This document shows positions 17,598 through 28,091 of a DNA stretch of 64,000 nucleotides, one piece after another. The DNA lies in NCBI GenBank assembly GCA_044376115.1, contig JBILLK010000001.1:416001-480000 (forward strand). Reading direction: 5' to 3'. Below the pieces are notes generated by a model. That model was not told the origin of the DNA. It saw nothing but the letters and a program-made list of their open reading frames with translations, and made no database searches. This stretch comes from Polyangiaceae bacterium. GTDB lineage: Bacteria > Myxococcota_A > Polyangia > Polyangiales > Polyangiaceae. Within the stretch, counting starts at the first letter, position 1. Each line of letters opens with the position of its first letter. A program made the translations under genes and the position numbers.

Positions 17598-18236
17598 TCA
17601 CAGCTTCGTCCGAAGCTCGCGGGGCTCGGCGAACTCTAGGTCCTCATGATCAGCGCCGACCTCCGCAGCTGCCGAAACGAATCGCTTCGACCCCAAGAGT
17701 TCGACGCGCTCGGTACTCGAAGCACTCGTGTCTTGACGCCTTTGCTGACGACGGCGCCCCCACTCGAATGCAACCATGGCAAGGAACGTCGTCAGGACGA
17801 GCAGCCCGTGATGGAACCCTGCACGCGGCGCCAGGGCCGGGAAGTTACTGAAGACCACCCACGCGAGGTTCTTCCAGACAACCGCGGCCCCTGCCCCCAC
17901 CGTGGCTGCGAGCCCCGCAAAGAGCAAACTCGCGCCGCGATCCATTTTCGCGAAAGCGCGCCACAGCAACATGAACGGCATCGCAGCAGAGAGCCCCACA
18001 GCGACGAACCAAAGCGGCGCAATCCCAATCAACGCTGCGACAGGAAACCAAACTGAGACCATGAAGGTCAGGGCCACGCCCCAGGTGCGGTTACGCTGGG
18101 CCGCCAGCGTTCCCAACAAGATGAGCCCCGCCGCAAAGACGGTGACCCACCTCTCATACGCGAGGCTTCGAAGCAGCGTCGCTGCCGCAAAAAATTGGGC
18201 CAGGGAGAGCCATGGACGAATGCGGTCTAACAGCAC
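17598..18236 (-). CDS. Integral membrane protein
   Basis: About 6 hydrophobic segments. Confidence 0.75.
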   Translation of the reverse strand: MLLDRIRPWLSLAQFFAAATLLRSLAYERWVTVFAAGLILLGTLAAQRNRTWGVALTFMVSVWFPVAALIGIAPLWFVAVGLSAAMPFMLLWRAFAKMDRGASLLFAGLAATVGAGAAVVWKNLAWVVFSNFPALAPRAGFHHGLLVLTTFLAMVAFEWGRRRQQRRQDTSASSTERVELLGSKRFVSAAAEVGADHEDLEFAEPRELRTKL

Positions 18237-18315
18237 CTCGGAAGCCTAGACCCGAGCGGGGAATGTGCCAGCGCGGCCGCGGTTGTTGTTCTGCTGGATG
18301 GCGCGTTCGCTACGA

Positions 18316-18867
18316 CTACTCGACAATCCCTCGCTCATGCATCAAGGCGGCAAGCGTCCGGCTGCTCGTCTTGAACCAGTTCGCGAGGTCGGCCACATCA
18401 GCGTCGGTTAGGCCACCGCTGGGGACCAGGACCTGCGAAAAGAGGGTGGCTAGACGCGACTTCTGATTGCAGATGTGGCGCACGTCGGAGCCGATCTCGG
18501 TGTGAGCGGTGACGGCCTGCGCGCAGGTTACGTTGGGCTTGAGGTTGTAACTCGTAATCAGCAGCAACCAAGGAAGATCATCCACCGCCGCTTGTGGAGC
18601 GACCTTGAACTCATTCTTTTCACAAATGGTCTGCTCACCTGCGTTGCACTTGAAGCCCGACCGCTTGAGTGACTCAATCAGCGAGCCAAGCAATTTGTCC
18701 TTGGTGCCAGGCATGATCGCCGCGACAGGAGCCTTCTCAACCACGGGAGCGGCAGAGGCTTCCGGACAGGCGGGCGGTGGCGCAGCTGCGCACCCCACGG
18801 TCAACGAGACCGCGCCGACTGCTACCAGTCCGGAGACCCTACCGCTGATCGCACTGGAAAATTTCAT
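18316..18867 (-). CDS. Hypothetical lipoprotein
   Basis: TVGC lipobox. Confidence 0.65.
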   Translation of the reverse strand: MKFSSAISGRVSGLVAVGAVSLTVGCAAAPPPACPEASAAPVVEKAPVAAIMPGTKDKLLGSLIESLKRSGFKCNAGEQTICEKNEFKVAPQAAVDDLPWLLLITSYNLKPNVTCAQAVTAHTEIGSDVRHICNQKSRLATLFSQVLVPSGGLTDADVADLANWFKTSSRTLAALMHERGIVE

Positions 18868-18993
18868 GCGCGCGGCGGTAGCACGCACAAGCCGATGCGT
18901 CGATCCGCAGCCTCGCAGCCCCAATCGATCGCTCTCCTACAACGCCGAAGGCCACCTTCTGGGTGGCCCTTACGGCAAGCTCGGTCGGCGAGC

Positions 18994-19449
18994 TCAGTTG
19001 GAGGCTGCGGCCTCGCTTCCCTTGTCCTTCTTCCCCTTCTTGCCCTTGCCTTCTCCCTTCTTCCCCTTGTGCTTGCCGCGCAACTCTTTGGCGACCTTCC
19101 GCACTTGCTTGGCCTCGTCGGCGGTTACGGTGCCGTCTTCCCCGGCGGCTTTGGCTGCAGCACGAACTTGCTCAGCGGTAGCGGAAAACTTCGCGAGGAC
19201 TTCCTTGCGCTTCTCATCCGAGACGTTGCGCTCCTCGAGCCGCTTGGTCACCCGCTCCTCCGCCTTGGCGATGCGCCCATTCACCTTCTCCAGGAAGGTA
19301 TCGGCCTTCATTGGGAACTTCTTCTCATGGTCCTTATCGCCCTTCGCCAGCGCGGTGCTTTCGTCAGTATTGGCCCCCGCGAAAGCGAGCGCGGGAACAG
19401 CTGCGAGACCGAGAGACACGAGAGCCACTTTGATCCATGAGCGCGACAT
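18994..19449 (-). CDS. Secreted Lys/Glu-rich helical protein
   Basis: AFA signal peptide; AGGAGG RBS; charged helical body. Confidence 0.8.
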   Translation of the reverse strand: MSRSWIKVALVSLGLAAVPALAFAGANTDESTALAKGDKDHEKKFPMKADTFLEKVNGRIAKAEERVTKRLEERNVSDEKRKEVLAKFSATAEQVRAAAKAAGEDGTVTADEAKQVRKVAKELRGKHKGKKGEGKGKKGKKDKGSEAAASN

Positions 19450-19499
19450 TTGTGAGTTCCTCCTGAGCCACCGTGTTTGGCGACTTCGTTTCGGTCAAT

Positions 19500-19514
19500 G
19501 CAGCTTGAGTGCCA
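19500..19514 (-). promoter_or_regulatory. Putative sigma54 -24/-12 promoter
   Basis: Minus strand TGGCAC-TCAAG-CTGC about 50 nt upstream of ATG 19449. Confidence 0.55.
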
Positions 19515-19641
19515 AACCCAACTAAGCTGTTTTGCGCTGAATTCGGCGCCCCACAGCCCGCGCAGGCGCGGAGCCGGACGCGCAGCGAAGTACAGTTGCG
19601 GCAGCTGCTCCGCACCAGGGCGCCAGTGGTATGGGAAATCC

Positions 19642-20283
19642 ATGCGCCGAACGCAGCGGCTCTTCGCCCTTACGGAGTACCTCCGCGGCCGCCGCACCGG
19701 CGTTACCGCTGAGGCGCTTGCCCGTCGCTTCGGAGTGACGATCCGGACGATGTACAGAGACCTCGATTCGCTACGTGAGGCCGATCTTCCGCTTGGCGCC
19801 GAGCGTGGTCGCGGCGGAGGCTATGCGCTCGATCGCAACTACACGCTGCCGCCCGTCAACTTCACCGCACGAGAGGCCGCTGTGATGATGGCCATTGGCC
19901 AGTATGCGATCGATCTCCGCTTGGTGCCCTTTACCAACACCCTGCGCGCCGGCCTCGAGAAGCTCCGTTCTGCGTTATCCACCTCAGCGCAGCGCGAGCT
20001 ATTGGCGCGCCTCGAGGAACTCAAGTTCCTCGGCGTACCGACCTATCCCATCGATGCGATGGTGCGAGACGCGGTCGAGCGCGCCTGGTTCGAGAACCAA
20101 CCCATCCGCATCACCTACGTCGATGGCGATCAGGTCGAGACGAACCGCGACCTGCGCATCCGCAGCGTGATCATGGATCGCCATGAGACGCGGCTCGATG
20201 CCGAGGATCTCGCGAGCGGAGAGCGAAGGCACTTCCGTCTGGACCGAATCACCCGCGCCAAAGTCCTCAGCGACACAGCGTGA
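19642..20283 (+). CDS. HTH_11-WYL transcriptional regulator (YafY-like, no WCX domain)
   Basis: TAEALARRFGVTIRTMYRDLDSL, GRGGGY, C-terminal RHFRLDRI. Confidence 0.9.
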   Translation: MRRTQRLFALTEYLRGRRTGVTAEALARRFGVTIRTMYRDLDSLREADLPLGAERGRGGGYALDRNYTLPPVNFTAREAAVMMAIGQYAIDLRLVPFTNTLRAGLEKLRSALSTSAQRELLARLEELKFLGVPTYPIDAMVRDAVERAWFENQPIRITYVDGDQVETNRDLRIRSVIMDRHETRLDAEDLASGERRHFRLDRITRAKVLSDTA

Positions 20284-20324
20284 ATTCGACGACGCGGCGC
20301 CCACTGCCGAGCCGATGAAAAAGC

Positions 20325-20355
20325 AAAAACCCCGGGGGCGGTTGCCTCCGGGGTT
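20325..20355 (-). terminator. Intrinsic terminator downstream of the tRNA
   Basis: AACCCCGGGGGC...GCCTCCGGGGTT stem with A-tract (T-tract on minus). Confidence 0.75.
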
Positions 20356-20365
20356 GCCTTCATCT

Positions 20366-20442
<77 letters not shown>

Positions 20443-20482
20443 CGCGAAACATAGTCGGACCGGATTCTGTGTCAACGACTTG

Positions 20483-20818
20483 TTACGAGGAGGATGAAGA
20501 TTCTGTTGCAGGCCCATCGGTCGGTGGCCTTTCGTCGCTCGCTGCAGCTTCCATGGCTTCGGCCACAACGAGAGCGCCATCTGCCACCGCAGCAACCACG
20601 GTGGCCACCCCACGAATCGTCATGAACGTGCTGGCCGAAGCGAGCGAATGAACCGTCCTCACCAACCGCGCCGGACCAGCAACGACCGGAACGGCCTCCA
20701 AGATGTCGTAGGTGCGGTCACGGTAACGATCACCAACCTTCTCGATGGCGCGCGAGCCGTGCAGCACACCATCACGCAACAAAGCGACGGCTCCGCGTGC
20801 TCGCTTCACGAGAGCCAC
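20483..20818 (-). CDS. Hypothetical protein coupled to a PGAP1-like hydrolase
   Basis: Resembles the N-terminal helical region often fused to these hydrolases; overlapping gene. Confidence 0.6.
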   Translation of the reverse strand: MALVKRARGAVALLRDGVLHGSRAIEKVGDRYRDRTYDILEAVPVVAGPARLVRTVHSLASASTFMTIRGVATVVAAVADGALVVAEAMEAAASDERPPTDGPATESSSSS

Positions 20819-21738
20819 TCGCGCAAACGCTGGTAAACGCCATCGTCCGCTAGCAGGGCCGTATGGCTCAGCCCCTCGAAGACCTGCACGTATTCCTGCG
20901 GGAACGTTGGACTGCGATCACGCGCCGTCGCGTGGCCCAACGCACTGCGCGGCTGAACCAAGGCATCCCCGAACAGGGCAGCGAGCCGTGGGTCCTTGGG
21001 CAACACCCCTGCGATCAGGTGATGTCGAATGGAGGTTAAAAGCGGAACTGGATGCCTGCGGTTTTGCAGCAGCTCATTCGCATCGCCGTCTCGCCAATCT
21101 TGCTCGTGAAGGCTGCCGTAGCGCAGATCTTGGATGCCCTCACTGCGCAGCGCGATGATGTCACCGAGCAACTCCGTCACCGGGTCGGCGAGCACGGTCC
21201 CCGTCTTACGCAAGAACCACGTCAACACATTGCCGGCTCGTTCAAGGGGAGCGCCGAGATGCGGCGAACCGATGTAGACGGCGCTCTTTACCTTGGTCAG
21301 CCAAGCTGCTGAACGTTCGGCTGCGGTGTGGGTAGCGCTGCGGATCACCAAACCGCCCATGCTGTGCCCAATCAGGATCAACTCTTCCAGCGCATCACCC
21401 ACCCGCGCGACCAAAGCCTCCAGCAGGTGATCCAACTGAAACCCGTTCTCGGAGATGTGTCGCCCGCTGTTGTACCGCACGTAAAGCGGCTTCAAACCGA
21501 GCTCTTCCTCGAGCCTCTTTGCGTAGCTTTCGCCAAACATCGACCAGCAGCCCTCGGTCGCCATGAGCCCATGAACGAACAGCACCATGCGCTTCGCTGG
21601 GACGATGCGCTCGGGGGGGACGGGCGCGCCATCCACGATGAAGGTGAGGTCGATGGCGAGGCCGTTGGACGTGCGCTGCAGGTAGTCCCCAACCAGCCCA
21701 TTGAGCGCTCCCACCACCGCGTCCACGTCTGCCTTCAT
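20806..21738 (-). CDS. Alpha/beta hydrolase (PGAP1/lipase-like)
   Basis: FVHGL, RYNSGRHISENG, GHSMGG, GSPHLGAPLE. Confidence 0.88.
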   Translation of the reverse strand: MKADVDAVVGALNGLVGDYLQRTSNGLAIDLTFIVDGAPVPPERIVPAKRMVLFVHGLMATEGCWSMFGESYAKRLEEELGLKPLYVRYNSGRHISENGFQLDHLLEALVARVGDALEELILIGHSMGGLVIRSATHTAAERSAAWLTKVKSAVYIGSPHLGAPLERAGNVLTWFLRKTGTVLADPVTELLGDIIALRSEGIQDLRYGSLHEQDWRDGDANELLQNRRHPVPLLTSIRHHLIAGVLPKDPRLAALFGDALVQPRSALGHATARDRSPTFPQEYVQVFEGLSHTALLADDGVYQRLREWLS

Positions 21739-21770
21739 GCGCGGCTCACCCTAAGCGTGATTGGGGTCGC

Positions 21771-22157
21771 TCATTGAGGTGAATTGCCGGGCGTTGGTGC
21801 AACGCCGTAGAGCGGCACAACTTCGGGTTGTGGTGGCTGTTGCGTCGTGGCCGGAACACCATACTTGGGTGCGGATTCTGGGATCTCGTTGGTGGTGGCC
21901 GGCACGCCGTACTCAGGCGCACTCACTGGTGGCTCGGTACCCGTCGCGGTGGGCGCGGGCTGACCGTCATTGGGTGGCGGGTTGGCTGAACCGCAAGCGG
22001 TGAGCAATGCAGCGCTCGAAAGGCCAAGCAAAACAGCAATCGCCGTACGGGCGATAGCGCCATCAGCATTGCGCAAGGTGGTGGCACAGTGAGGGCACGT
22101 AAGCTCGGCGAACTTTACTGCGCATGCACACGAGGGACACGCAACGAGGGTCGGCAT
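21771..22157 (-). CDS. Zinc-ribbon/lipobox protein with three YGV motifs (putative radical-SAM substrate)
   Basis: CPSC...CPHC; LTAC; PEYGVPA, PKYGVPA, PLYGVAP. Confidence 0.78.
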   Translation of the reverse strand: MPTLVACPSCACAVKFAELTCPHCATTLRNADGAIARTAIAVLLGLSSAALLTACGSANPPPNDGQPAPTATGTEPPVSAPEYGVPATTNEIPESAPKYGVPATTQQPPQPEVVPLYGVAPTPGNSPQ

Positions 22158-22241
22158 GGCGGCAGCTTTCGTCCGTCCATTGCGGTCGTCAAGCGTGGCC
22201 GAGCTTTCCGACCTTCGTGCGAGCCGTGGTAGCCTCAGGCG

Positions 22242-22862
22242 ATGTATCGGCGAATCGTGCCCGTCCTTCTTTGCTGCCTTTCAGGCTGCGCGCTGGAGTC
22301 GCTCGACCCGGAAGCTTCGCAAGTTACGTATTGGGGCAAAGTAGAGAACTCCGACGCGGTGATCGCTGTCACGCTCACAGACCGAGCCGCCGTCGCTTAC
22401 GTTTGCGGCGGCGAACTCACGCGCGACACACACACCCGTTGGTACTCAACTGAGTTGGCGCAGCCCTTGATTGACGGCTCCTCGCTCGTCCTTGACGCAA
22501 CCAACGGTCAGCAACTCGAGCTGCAGCTCTCCGCGGATTCTCTGGCTGGCAGCTACGTCGATCGTGATGGTGCTTCGTTCAACTTTGACGCAGTGGCTCC
22601 CTCGCAAGGAGAATTTCACGGTCTCTACACAGTCGTGGATAGCGGTTGCCGCACTGGGGTGATCGTCAACATCGATGCCTCGAGCAACAGCGAGGTACAG
22701 GGCGCCTGGTGCAACGAACTGGGGATCTTCGAGCAGGTCACGCCCATCGCCCCGTTGAGTCAGGGGATCGATTCCTTCGAAATTGCGGTGGTCCCGGCCA
22801 CGGCAGCAGGCGGTGCAGAGAAGCGGCTTACGGTCGTGTCGGTCGATCCCAACGGATTCTGA
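22242..22862 (+). CDS. Hypothetical lipoprotein
   Basis: LSGC lipobox. Confidence 0.7.
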   Translation: MYRRIVPVLLCCLSGCALESLDPEASQVTYWGKVENSDAVIAVTLTDRAAVAYVCGGELTRDTHTRWYSTELAQPLIDGSSLVLDATNGQQLELQLSADSLAGSYVDRDGASFNFDAVAPSQGEFHGLYTVVDSGCRTGVIVNIDASSNSEVQGAWCNELGIFEQVTPIAPLSQGIDSFEIAVVPATAAGGAEKRLTVVSVDPNGF

Positions 22863-22871
22863 TCGACGGTC

Positions 22872-25466
22872 GTGAACACGAACTCAAAGCGACCTCCCAG
22901 CGGCAGGTCTGGCCGCAAGGGAGCAACCAAGCCGAGCTCCTTTGTTGGCCGCAGTCAGGAGCTGAGGGAGCTACGAGCGCTCCTGAACGACGCTGAACGC
23001 GTAGTCGTCGTTTGTGGGCCGCGCGGCGTCGGAAAAACGCGACTCGTGCGAGAAGCGCTCAAGAAGCTGGGCGCCTTGTGGCTCGACGTCGCCGATCTTC
23101 GCTCACTCGACGGGCTCGCGGCTCGTGCAGCGGAAGCGCTCGGTATACCGCTTGGATCGGCACGGAGTGAGGACGACCGCTTGCGGCAATTGGGTCGAGC
23201 GTTGGCAGCTGGCACTGAGAGCGTGGTGGTCATCGATGGCGCCGACACGCTAGGAGACAAGCTCTGGACTGCTATGCAGGTCTGGCTGAGCGTTTCGCCT
23301 AAGCTCCAATTCGTCGTTACCGCGCGTGATGGCCTTCAATCAGCGGGCGTTCACTACGCACTTGGGCCGCTAACGAGCAGGCGCAAGGGAGTTCACCCGG
23401 GCGTTCAACTCTTTCTAGAGCGCTGTCAGCAACTCGGCACGCCGACGGCCGCGCCCGAAGCAGCGGACCCGCTATTGGAACAATTGGTAAGGGCGTTGGA
23501 AGGGATGCCCCTGGCCATAGAGATCGCTGCGACCCGCTACGAAAAGCTTGGGTTGCGGGGCCTCACCGAGCCTCTTTCAGACCGTGGCATGAGCATTCAG
23601 GCCGCCATTAAGTGGTCATGGGATGGGCTCTCGTTCGACCTCCAATCGGCCTTGGCTGGTCTAGCCGTCTTTGGCGGGAGCTTCACCCTGGACGCGGCAG
23701 AAGCGGTGCTTTGCCTGTCCGAGCCAGATCAGGTGGGTGAACGGATCGGCCTCCTGGAGGCGGAGGCGTTGCTCGTTCGAACTACGCAAGGCGAGACCGG
23801 GGAGCGAATTTCTCTTGATGAGAGCGTGCGCTCGTTTGCCATGGAGCGCTTGGCTGAGTCCGGCGAACTCGAGAGGGCCACGCTGCGGCACGACAGTTAC
23901 TTCCTCGAGCTGGGAAAGCTGTTGCTAGAGCGCGTGGAGCGCTACGGGGATATTCACGCTCGAGCACAGTTGGCGAGCGAGCTCGAGAACTTCCTTGCGG
24001 TTCATGAGCGCGCACTGCTTTCTGATAACTACCCCCAAGCACTGACGAGCCTACTCATCGCTGATGCCGTGCTTGCGACCCAGGTATCCGCACAGGTTCG
24101 GCTTGACCTATGGAGCGCACTGCAGCGCCGCTACGGCCACGAGCTCTCCTCGGAGATCGAGCTGAGGGCCGGTGTGGGCCGCGCCCTATCCGAAGCGGGC
24201 CGACTCGAGGACGCTCGACCCCATCTCGATTGCGCAGCCCACCTCGCGGAACAACGCGGGTCCATTCGGGCGGCGCATCTCTTCGTCGACCTAGGGTTGG
24301 TCTTTCATCACACCGGAAGGCTGCAGGAGGCCCGCGAGACGTACGCTCGCGCGCTCGAGCTCGAAGCTGGTCAGCCCGACGAGCGCTTGCGCGCACGCGC
24401 GTGGGGAAACCTAGGCGCAGTGCTGCATGACGAGCGAAAGTTCGATGGTGCTCGCCGTAACTACGAACGCTCTCTGGCCCACGCTCGCAACGTTGGGGAC
24501 GCTCGAATCGAGGGCGTCATGTTGACCAACCTTGGCGTACTGGAGCAGGAGTTGGAGGAACTCGATCGCGCCGGGGAGTGCTTCGAAGGAGCGATGCGCC
24601 TACTCGAGCAAGCCGCGGATCGACGGCTCACTGCGATCGCGAAAAGCAACCTTATGACGTTGCTGATGGAGACGGGGGACCTCGAGGGTGCGCGCTTCTA
24701 CGGCGAGGCGGCCCTCAGCGAACAACGGGCAATGGGCGACCTGAAATCGCTGATTCTGGTGCGGGCGCGGCTCGCAGCGCTTTATTCGCTGTTGGAAGAC
24801 AAGCGACGAGCGACGTTGGAACTCGAGGAAGCCGGGCGCCTGACTGCAGAGTTGCGGGATGAGTCGGCTGCCGCCGTCTTGGAGGTTGCTTCTCAGTTCT
24901 TGGCGCTTTGCGACGCGGCTTCGCCGCAGTCGGTGTTGGCCAACGTGCAGGAAGTGGCAACAGGGCTACGCAGTGACGGCCTGTCCAAAGGGGACCGCTC
25001 CGACGAGGTTCGTACGTTGGTTCGAATCGCCGAGAAATACGTCAAGAAGCACAAGCCGGGCGTCGAGCAAGCGACCAGCCCCGACGCGCTGTTGGTTTCA
25101 CCGGACGCGACGTGTCTACGCCCACCACGACGCAAGTGGATGCAGCTCGAGATGAAGAGCCCGGCCCAGCGAATATTTGCTGCGCTGCTTGAGCACCGCA
25201 CTGTCGACCCAGAGCTTGGCCTGTCGATGGATCAGCTCGCCAGCGCGGGCTGGCCGGACGTCGAGCTACCCACTCCTGTACGTGCGAGCCGCGTTTATGC
25301 AGCTATCGCGGTACTTCGTCGTAGCGGTTTGGAAAGTCTCGTCGTTCGACGCCCTGGCGGGTACCTGCTCGACCCTGAACTGCGAGTGATTCACGCCTCA
25401 CCAAAGGCTGAAGAGCGAGCGGCGCTGCTCGCGCCAAAGAGGCGAAAGTCGATGCATACGCCCTAA
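22872..25466 (+). CDS. STAND-like ATPase with TPR repeats and C-terminal HTH-like region
   Basis: FVGR, GPRGVGKT Walker A, LEGMPLAIEIAA, TPRs. Confidence 0.85.
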   Translation: MNTNSKRPPSGRSGRKGATKPSSFVGRSQELRELRALLNDAERVVVVCGPRGVGKTRLVREALKKLGALWLDVADLRSLDGLAARAAEALGIPLGSARSEDDRLRQLGRALAAGTESVVVIDGADTLGDKLWTAMQVWLSVSPKLQFVVTARDGLQSAGVHYALGPLTSRRKGVHPGVQLFLERCQQLGTPTAAPEAADPLLEQLVRALEGMPLAIEIAATRYEKLGLRGLTEPLSDRGMSIQAAIKWSWDGLSFDLQSALAGLAVFGGSFTLDAAEAVLCLSEPDQVGERIGLLEAEALLVRTTQGETGERISLDESVRSFAMERLAESGELERATLRHDSYFLELGKLLLERVERYGDIHARAQLASELENFLAVHERALLSDNYPQALTSLLIADAVLATQVSAQVRLDLWSALQRRYGHELSSEIELRAGVGRALSEAGRLEDARPHLDCAAHLAEQRGSIRAAHLFVDLGLVFHHTGRLQEARETYARALELEAGQPDERLRARAWGNLGAVLHDERKFDGARRNYERSLAHARNVGDARIEGVMLTNLGVLEQELEELDRAGECFEGAMRLLEQAADRRLTAIAKSNLMTLLMETGDLEGARFYGEAALSEQRAMGDLKSLILVRARLAALYSLLEDKRRATLELEEAGRLTAELRDESAAAVLEVASQFLALCDAASPQSVLANVQEVATGLRSDGLSKGDRSDEVRTLVRIAEKYVKKHKPGVEQATSPDALLVSPDATCLRPPRRKWMQLEMKSPAQRIFAALLEHRTVDPELGLSMDQLASAGWPDVELPTPVRASRVYAAIAVLRRSGLESLVVRRPGGYLLDPELRVIHASPKAEERAALLAPKRRKSMHTP

Positions 25467-25526
25467 GTGCGTGGCAGGGGGTCGTTCAGCGAAGACAAGC
25501 GACCATGGGTCCGATAGAAATGGAGC

Positions 25527-25928
25527 GTGGTCCGTAAGCGCCGTCCGCACGTGGCAACACCCGATGAAGTTCGAATCTCGCGCGAGGGAGACTTTGCGAT
25601 CATCGAGTACGTGGATCAGTCCATCGAGACCACGCAATATCGTGTGGGCGCCGATACGCTTGCGCGTATGACGGATGAGGACATCCTCTCGCTCTGGAAC
25701 GCCGGGCTGGCGACCCATGGCGAGGAGTCGGGGCGTTCGCGACGCGACATGTCGAGTTCGGTTCGGAACAACGAGTTGATTGGTGTCGTGGAGGCGTTTC
25801 CGAACGCCCCCAACCAGCCTTTCTTGTTGGTCGAGGGGCGTGTTTATACCCCCATGGAGCTTTGCTCTTTGTTGGGGAACCACCTCGGCTGGGAGGTCAC
25901 CTTGTCATTCAAAAAGAAGGCCGAGTAA
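25527..25928 (+). CDS. Hypothetical protein
   Basis: 133-aa ORF filling the gap, with GGAG RBS. Confidence 0.6.
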   Translation: MVRKRRPHVATPDEVRISREGDFAIIEYVDQSIETTQYRVGADTLARMTDEDILSLWNAGLATHGEESGRSRRDMSSSVRNNELIGVVEAFPNAPNQPFLLVEGRVYTPMELCSLLGNHLGWEVTLSFKKKAE

Positions 25929-25953
25929 GGTTTTCTGAGATAGATTGGCCGGG

Positions 25954-26682
25954 ATGAAATCTCTTGGCTTTGGCTTGGCGTTAGGCGTGATTGGGCTGGC
26001 TGGCTGCGGCGGGAACGTCGTGTTCTCGGAGGACGGCGAGGGCGGTGCCGGTGGGAGCACGATCACGACCACCACCAACCAAGGCGCTGGCCCCAACTCC
26101 TCGGTGACAACCACCAACCAGGGCGGTGGCCCCAACTCCTCGGTGACAACCACCAACCAAGGCGGCGGCCCCAACTCCTCGGTGGTAACCGGGCCGATCT
26201 CTACCTGTGAGACGCTGTGTAACCAGTTCTCGCAATGTCTAGAGGACAACTGCTTCGACCAGTGTCAGCAGGTATACCAGCCAGGTTGTGAGGCTCAAGC
26301 CGAGGCGTACCTGCAATGCGTCATCAATTTCCTGTCGCCCAATTGTGATTTCCCGGACTACGACTGCTCGGTTGAAAGCCAGCAGCTAGACGAGTGCTTT
26401 AGCGGCGGAAGCTGCGTCACAGAAGGTTGCGACACTGGCGGCGGTAGCTGTTCCTGCAGCGGCAACTGCGGTGGGAATCCGGTAGTTGCTTCGTGCTTCG
26501 CCAACGGTGGCCCCGGCGGCGGCCAAAGCTCAAGCAGCAATGGCGGCGGCCCGCCCCCTCCAGGCGGCGGCTTTACCTGTGAGTGCTTCTTGAACGGAGA
26601 ATATTTCGGGACCTGCGACGACTCGCCGATGGACGTCTGCAACGGCATTGAGCAGGGCTGTTGCGCGCAAGTATTCCTTTGA
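25954..26682 (+). CDS. Cys-rich lipoprotein with 13-aa repeats
   Basis: LAGC lipobox; TTNQGxGPNSSV x3. Confidence 0.8.
   Translation: MKSLGFGLALGVIGLAGCGGNVVFSEDGEGGAGGSTITTTTNQGAGPNSSVTTTNQGGGPNSSVTTTNQGGGPNSSVVTGPISTCETLCNQFSQCLEDNCFDQCQQVYQPGCEAQAEAYLQCVINFLSPNCDFPDYDCSVESQQLDECFSGGSCVTEGCDTGGGSCSCSGNCGGNPVVASCFANGGPGGGQSSSSNGGGPPPPGGGFTCECFLNGEYFGTCDDSPMDVCNGIEQGCCAQVFL
26071..26187 (+). repeat. 39-nt intragenic tandem repeat x3
   Basis: ACCACCAACCA(A/G)GGCG..GGCCCCAACTCCTCGGTG units. Confidence 0.85.
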
Positions 26683-26694
26683 CGCGAGCGGCGG

Positions 26695-28038
26695 CTAGCG
26701 AGGTACCGCCCAGAGCCTGAGGTTCTGGGGGGTAAGGGTAATTCGGGCTTTTGGAACTACCCGGTCGGCGCCTCGCAGTTCGAACGAGTGGCGCATGAGC
26801 AACGTTGCTAGCGCCACGCTCGCCTCGACTGAGGCAAATACTTTTCCGATGCACGCTCGGCCCCCTGCACCGAATGGCAAGTAAGCAAGCTTGGGCCTCG
26901 TCTCTTCGAGTTCCTTACGGAAGCGCGCTGGATCAAACTGCTCCGCTTTGGGGAACCAGCGTTCATCGCGCTGGGTAAAGTAGATCCAAAGGACTACCTC
27001 GCTCCCCGCGGGAACCGCGTAATCGCCTATCTGAGTGTCACTGATGGCCCTTCGCGCCAGAACGTAGGCAGGCGGATAGAGGCGCATGGTCTCCTTGATC
27101 ACTTGGTCGATCAGCGTCAGCTTTTCGAGGTCCTCACTCCGGCACGGCCTGCCCGCCAGCACCGAGTCCACCTCGGCCTGACAGGCGCGCATCAATTCAG
27201 GGTGCTTCGCCAAGAGGTAGAGCGCCCAAGCCAACGTATTGGACGTAGTTTCATGGCCCGCGAGGAGGAAGGTAACCAGCTCATCTCGGACTTCACGTGC
27301 TGAAAGGCGTACGTCCTTGTTTTCAGGATCCGTTGCATCGAGGAGCATCTGAAGCAGATCCACCTGCGAGCTGGGCTTGGCACGACGATTGTGGACCACT
27401 CGCTCGATCACGCGGTCCAACTCCGATACGGCCCGATGAACGACCTGCTCCACCGGCCAACGCGCCAACGCAGGCAGGCTGCGAGGTACCGCGAGCGCAG
27501 TCTGGAGCGTCGACATGGAACGCCCGACCACTCGGACTTCATCTTCGAGGTCGATACCGAGCAGGGCGTGCCCAACGATGCGCAAGGTGAGGTCGGTCAT
27601 CTCAAAAGCGACGTCTACGCTCTTACCCCCTTCGAATCGCTGCACAGTCCGCTCTGTCTCTGCGACCATGCGCGGAACTGCGGAGCTGATCGCCTGCCTC
27701 GAGAACGCCGGATTGAGGATGCGGCGATGGCGCCGCCAAACGTCACCGTCGCTGGTGAGCAGACCGTCCCCAAGCAGAATCGACAGACTCTCCAAGGCGC
27801 TGTGGGACTTGGCATACGCATCCGCGTGGGTAATCAGCACCTCCCGAAGCTGGGCTGGGTGACGAACGACGTAGAGCCCAACACCCTTGGCGGGGGCGTA
27901 ATAAACGTCGCCGTAGCGAGCGAATCGTCGGCCGACAAACTCGAAGGGGTCACGGAAAAAGGCTGCCGCGTAGCGAATCGAGTCGACCAGATTTCCCGTT
28001 CGTTCATCGGGGCCGGGAGGCGTGCCTAGGGGCGACAT
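26695..28038 (-). CDS. Cytochrome P450
   Basis: AGHETT, ETMR, FDPARF, PFGAGGRACIG. Confidence 0.95.
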   Translation of the reverse strand: MSPLGTPPGPDERTGNLVDSIRYAAAFFRDPFEFVGRRFARYGDVYYAPAKGVGLYVVRHPAQLREVLITHADAYAKSHSALESLSILLGDGLLTSDGDVWRRHRRILNPAFSRQAISSAVPRMVAETERTVQRFEGGKSVDVAFEMTDLTLRIVGHALLGIDLEDEVRVVGRSMSTLQTALAVPRSLPALARWPVEQVVHRAVSELDRVIERVVHNRRAKPSSQVDLLQMLLDATDPENKDVRLSAREVRDELVTFLLAGHETTSNTLAWALYLLAKHPELMRACQAEVDSVLAGRPCRSEDLEKLTLIDQVIKETMRLYPPAYVLARRAISDTQIGDYAVPAGSEVVLWIYFTQRDERWFPKAEQFDPARFRKELEETRPKLAYLPFGAGGRACIGKVFASVEASVALATLLMRHSFELRGADRVVPKARITLTPQNLRLWAVPR

Positions 28039-28091
28039 CAGCGCAACAATAGCGCGTGCGCCAACGCTGGTCCTCATGGGATTATGTCCCC

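Noticed and set aside
18605..19525. 306-aa plus-strand ORF and similar long shadow ORFs
   Set aside because: Antisense to better-supported genes; expected in high-GC DNA
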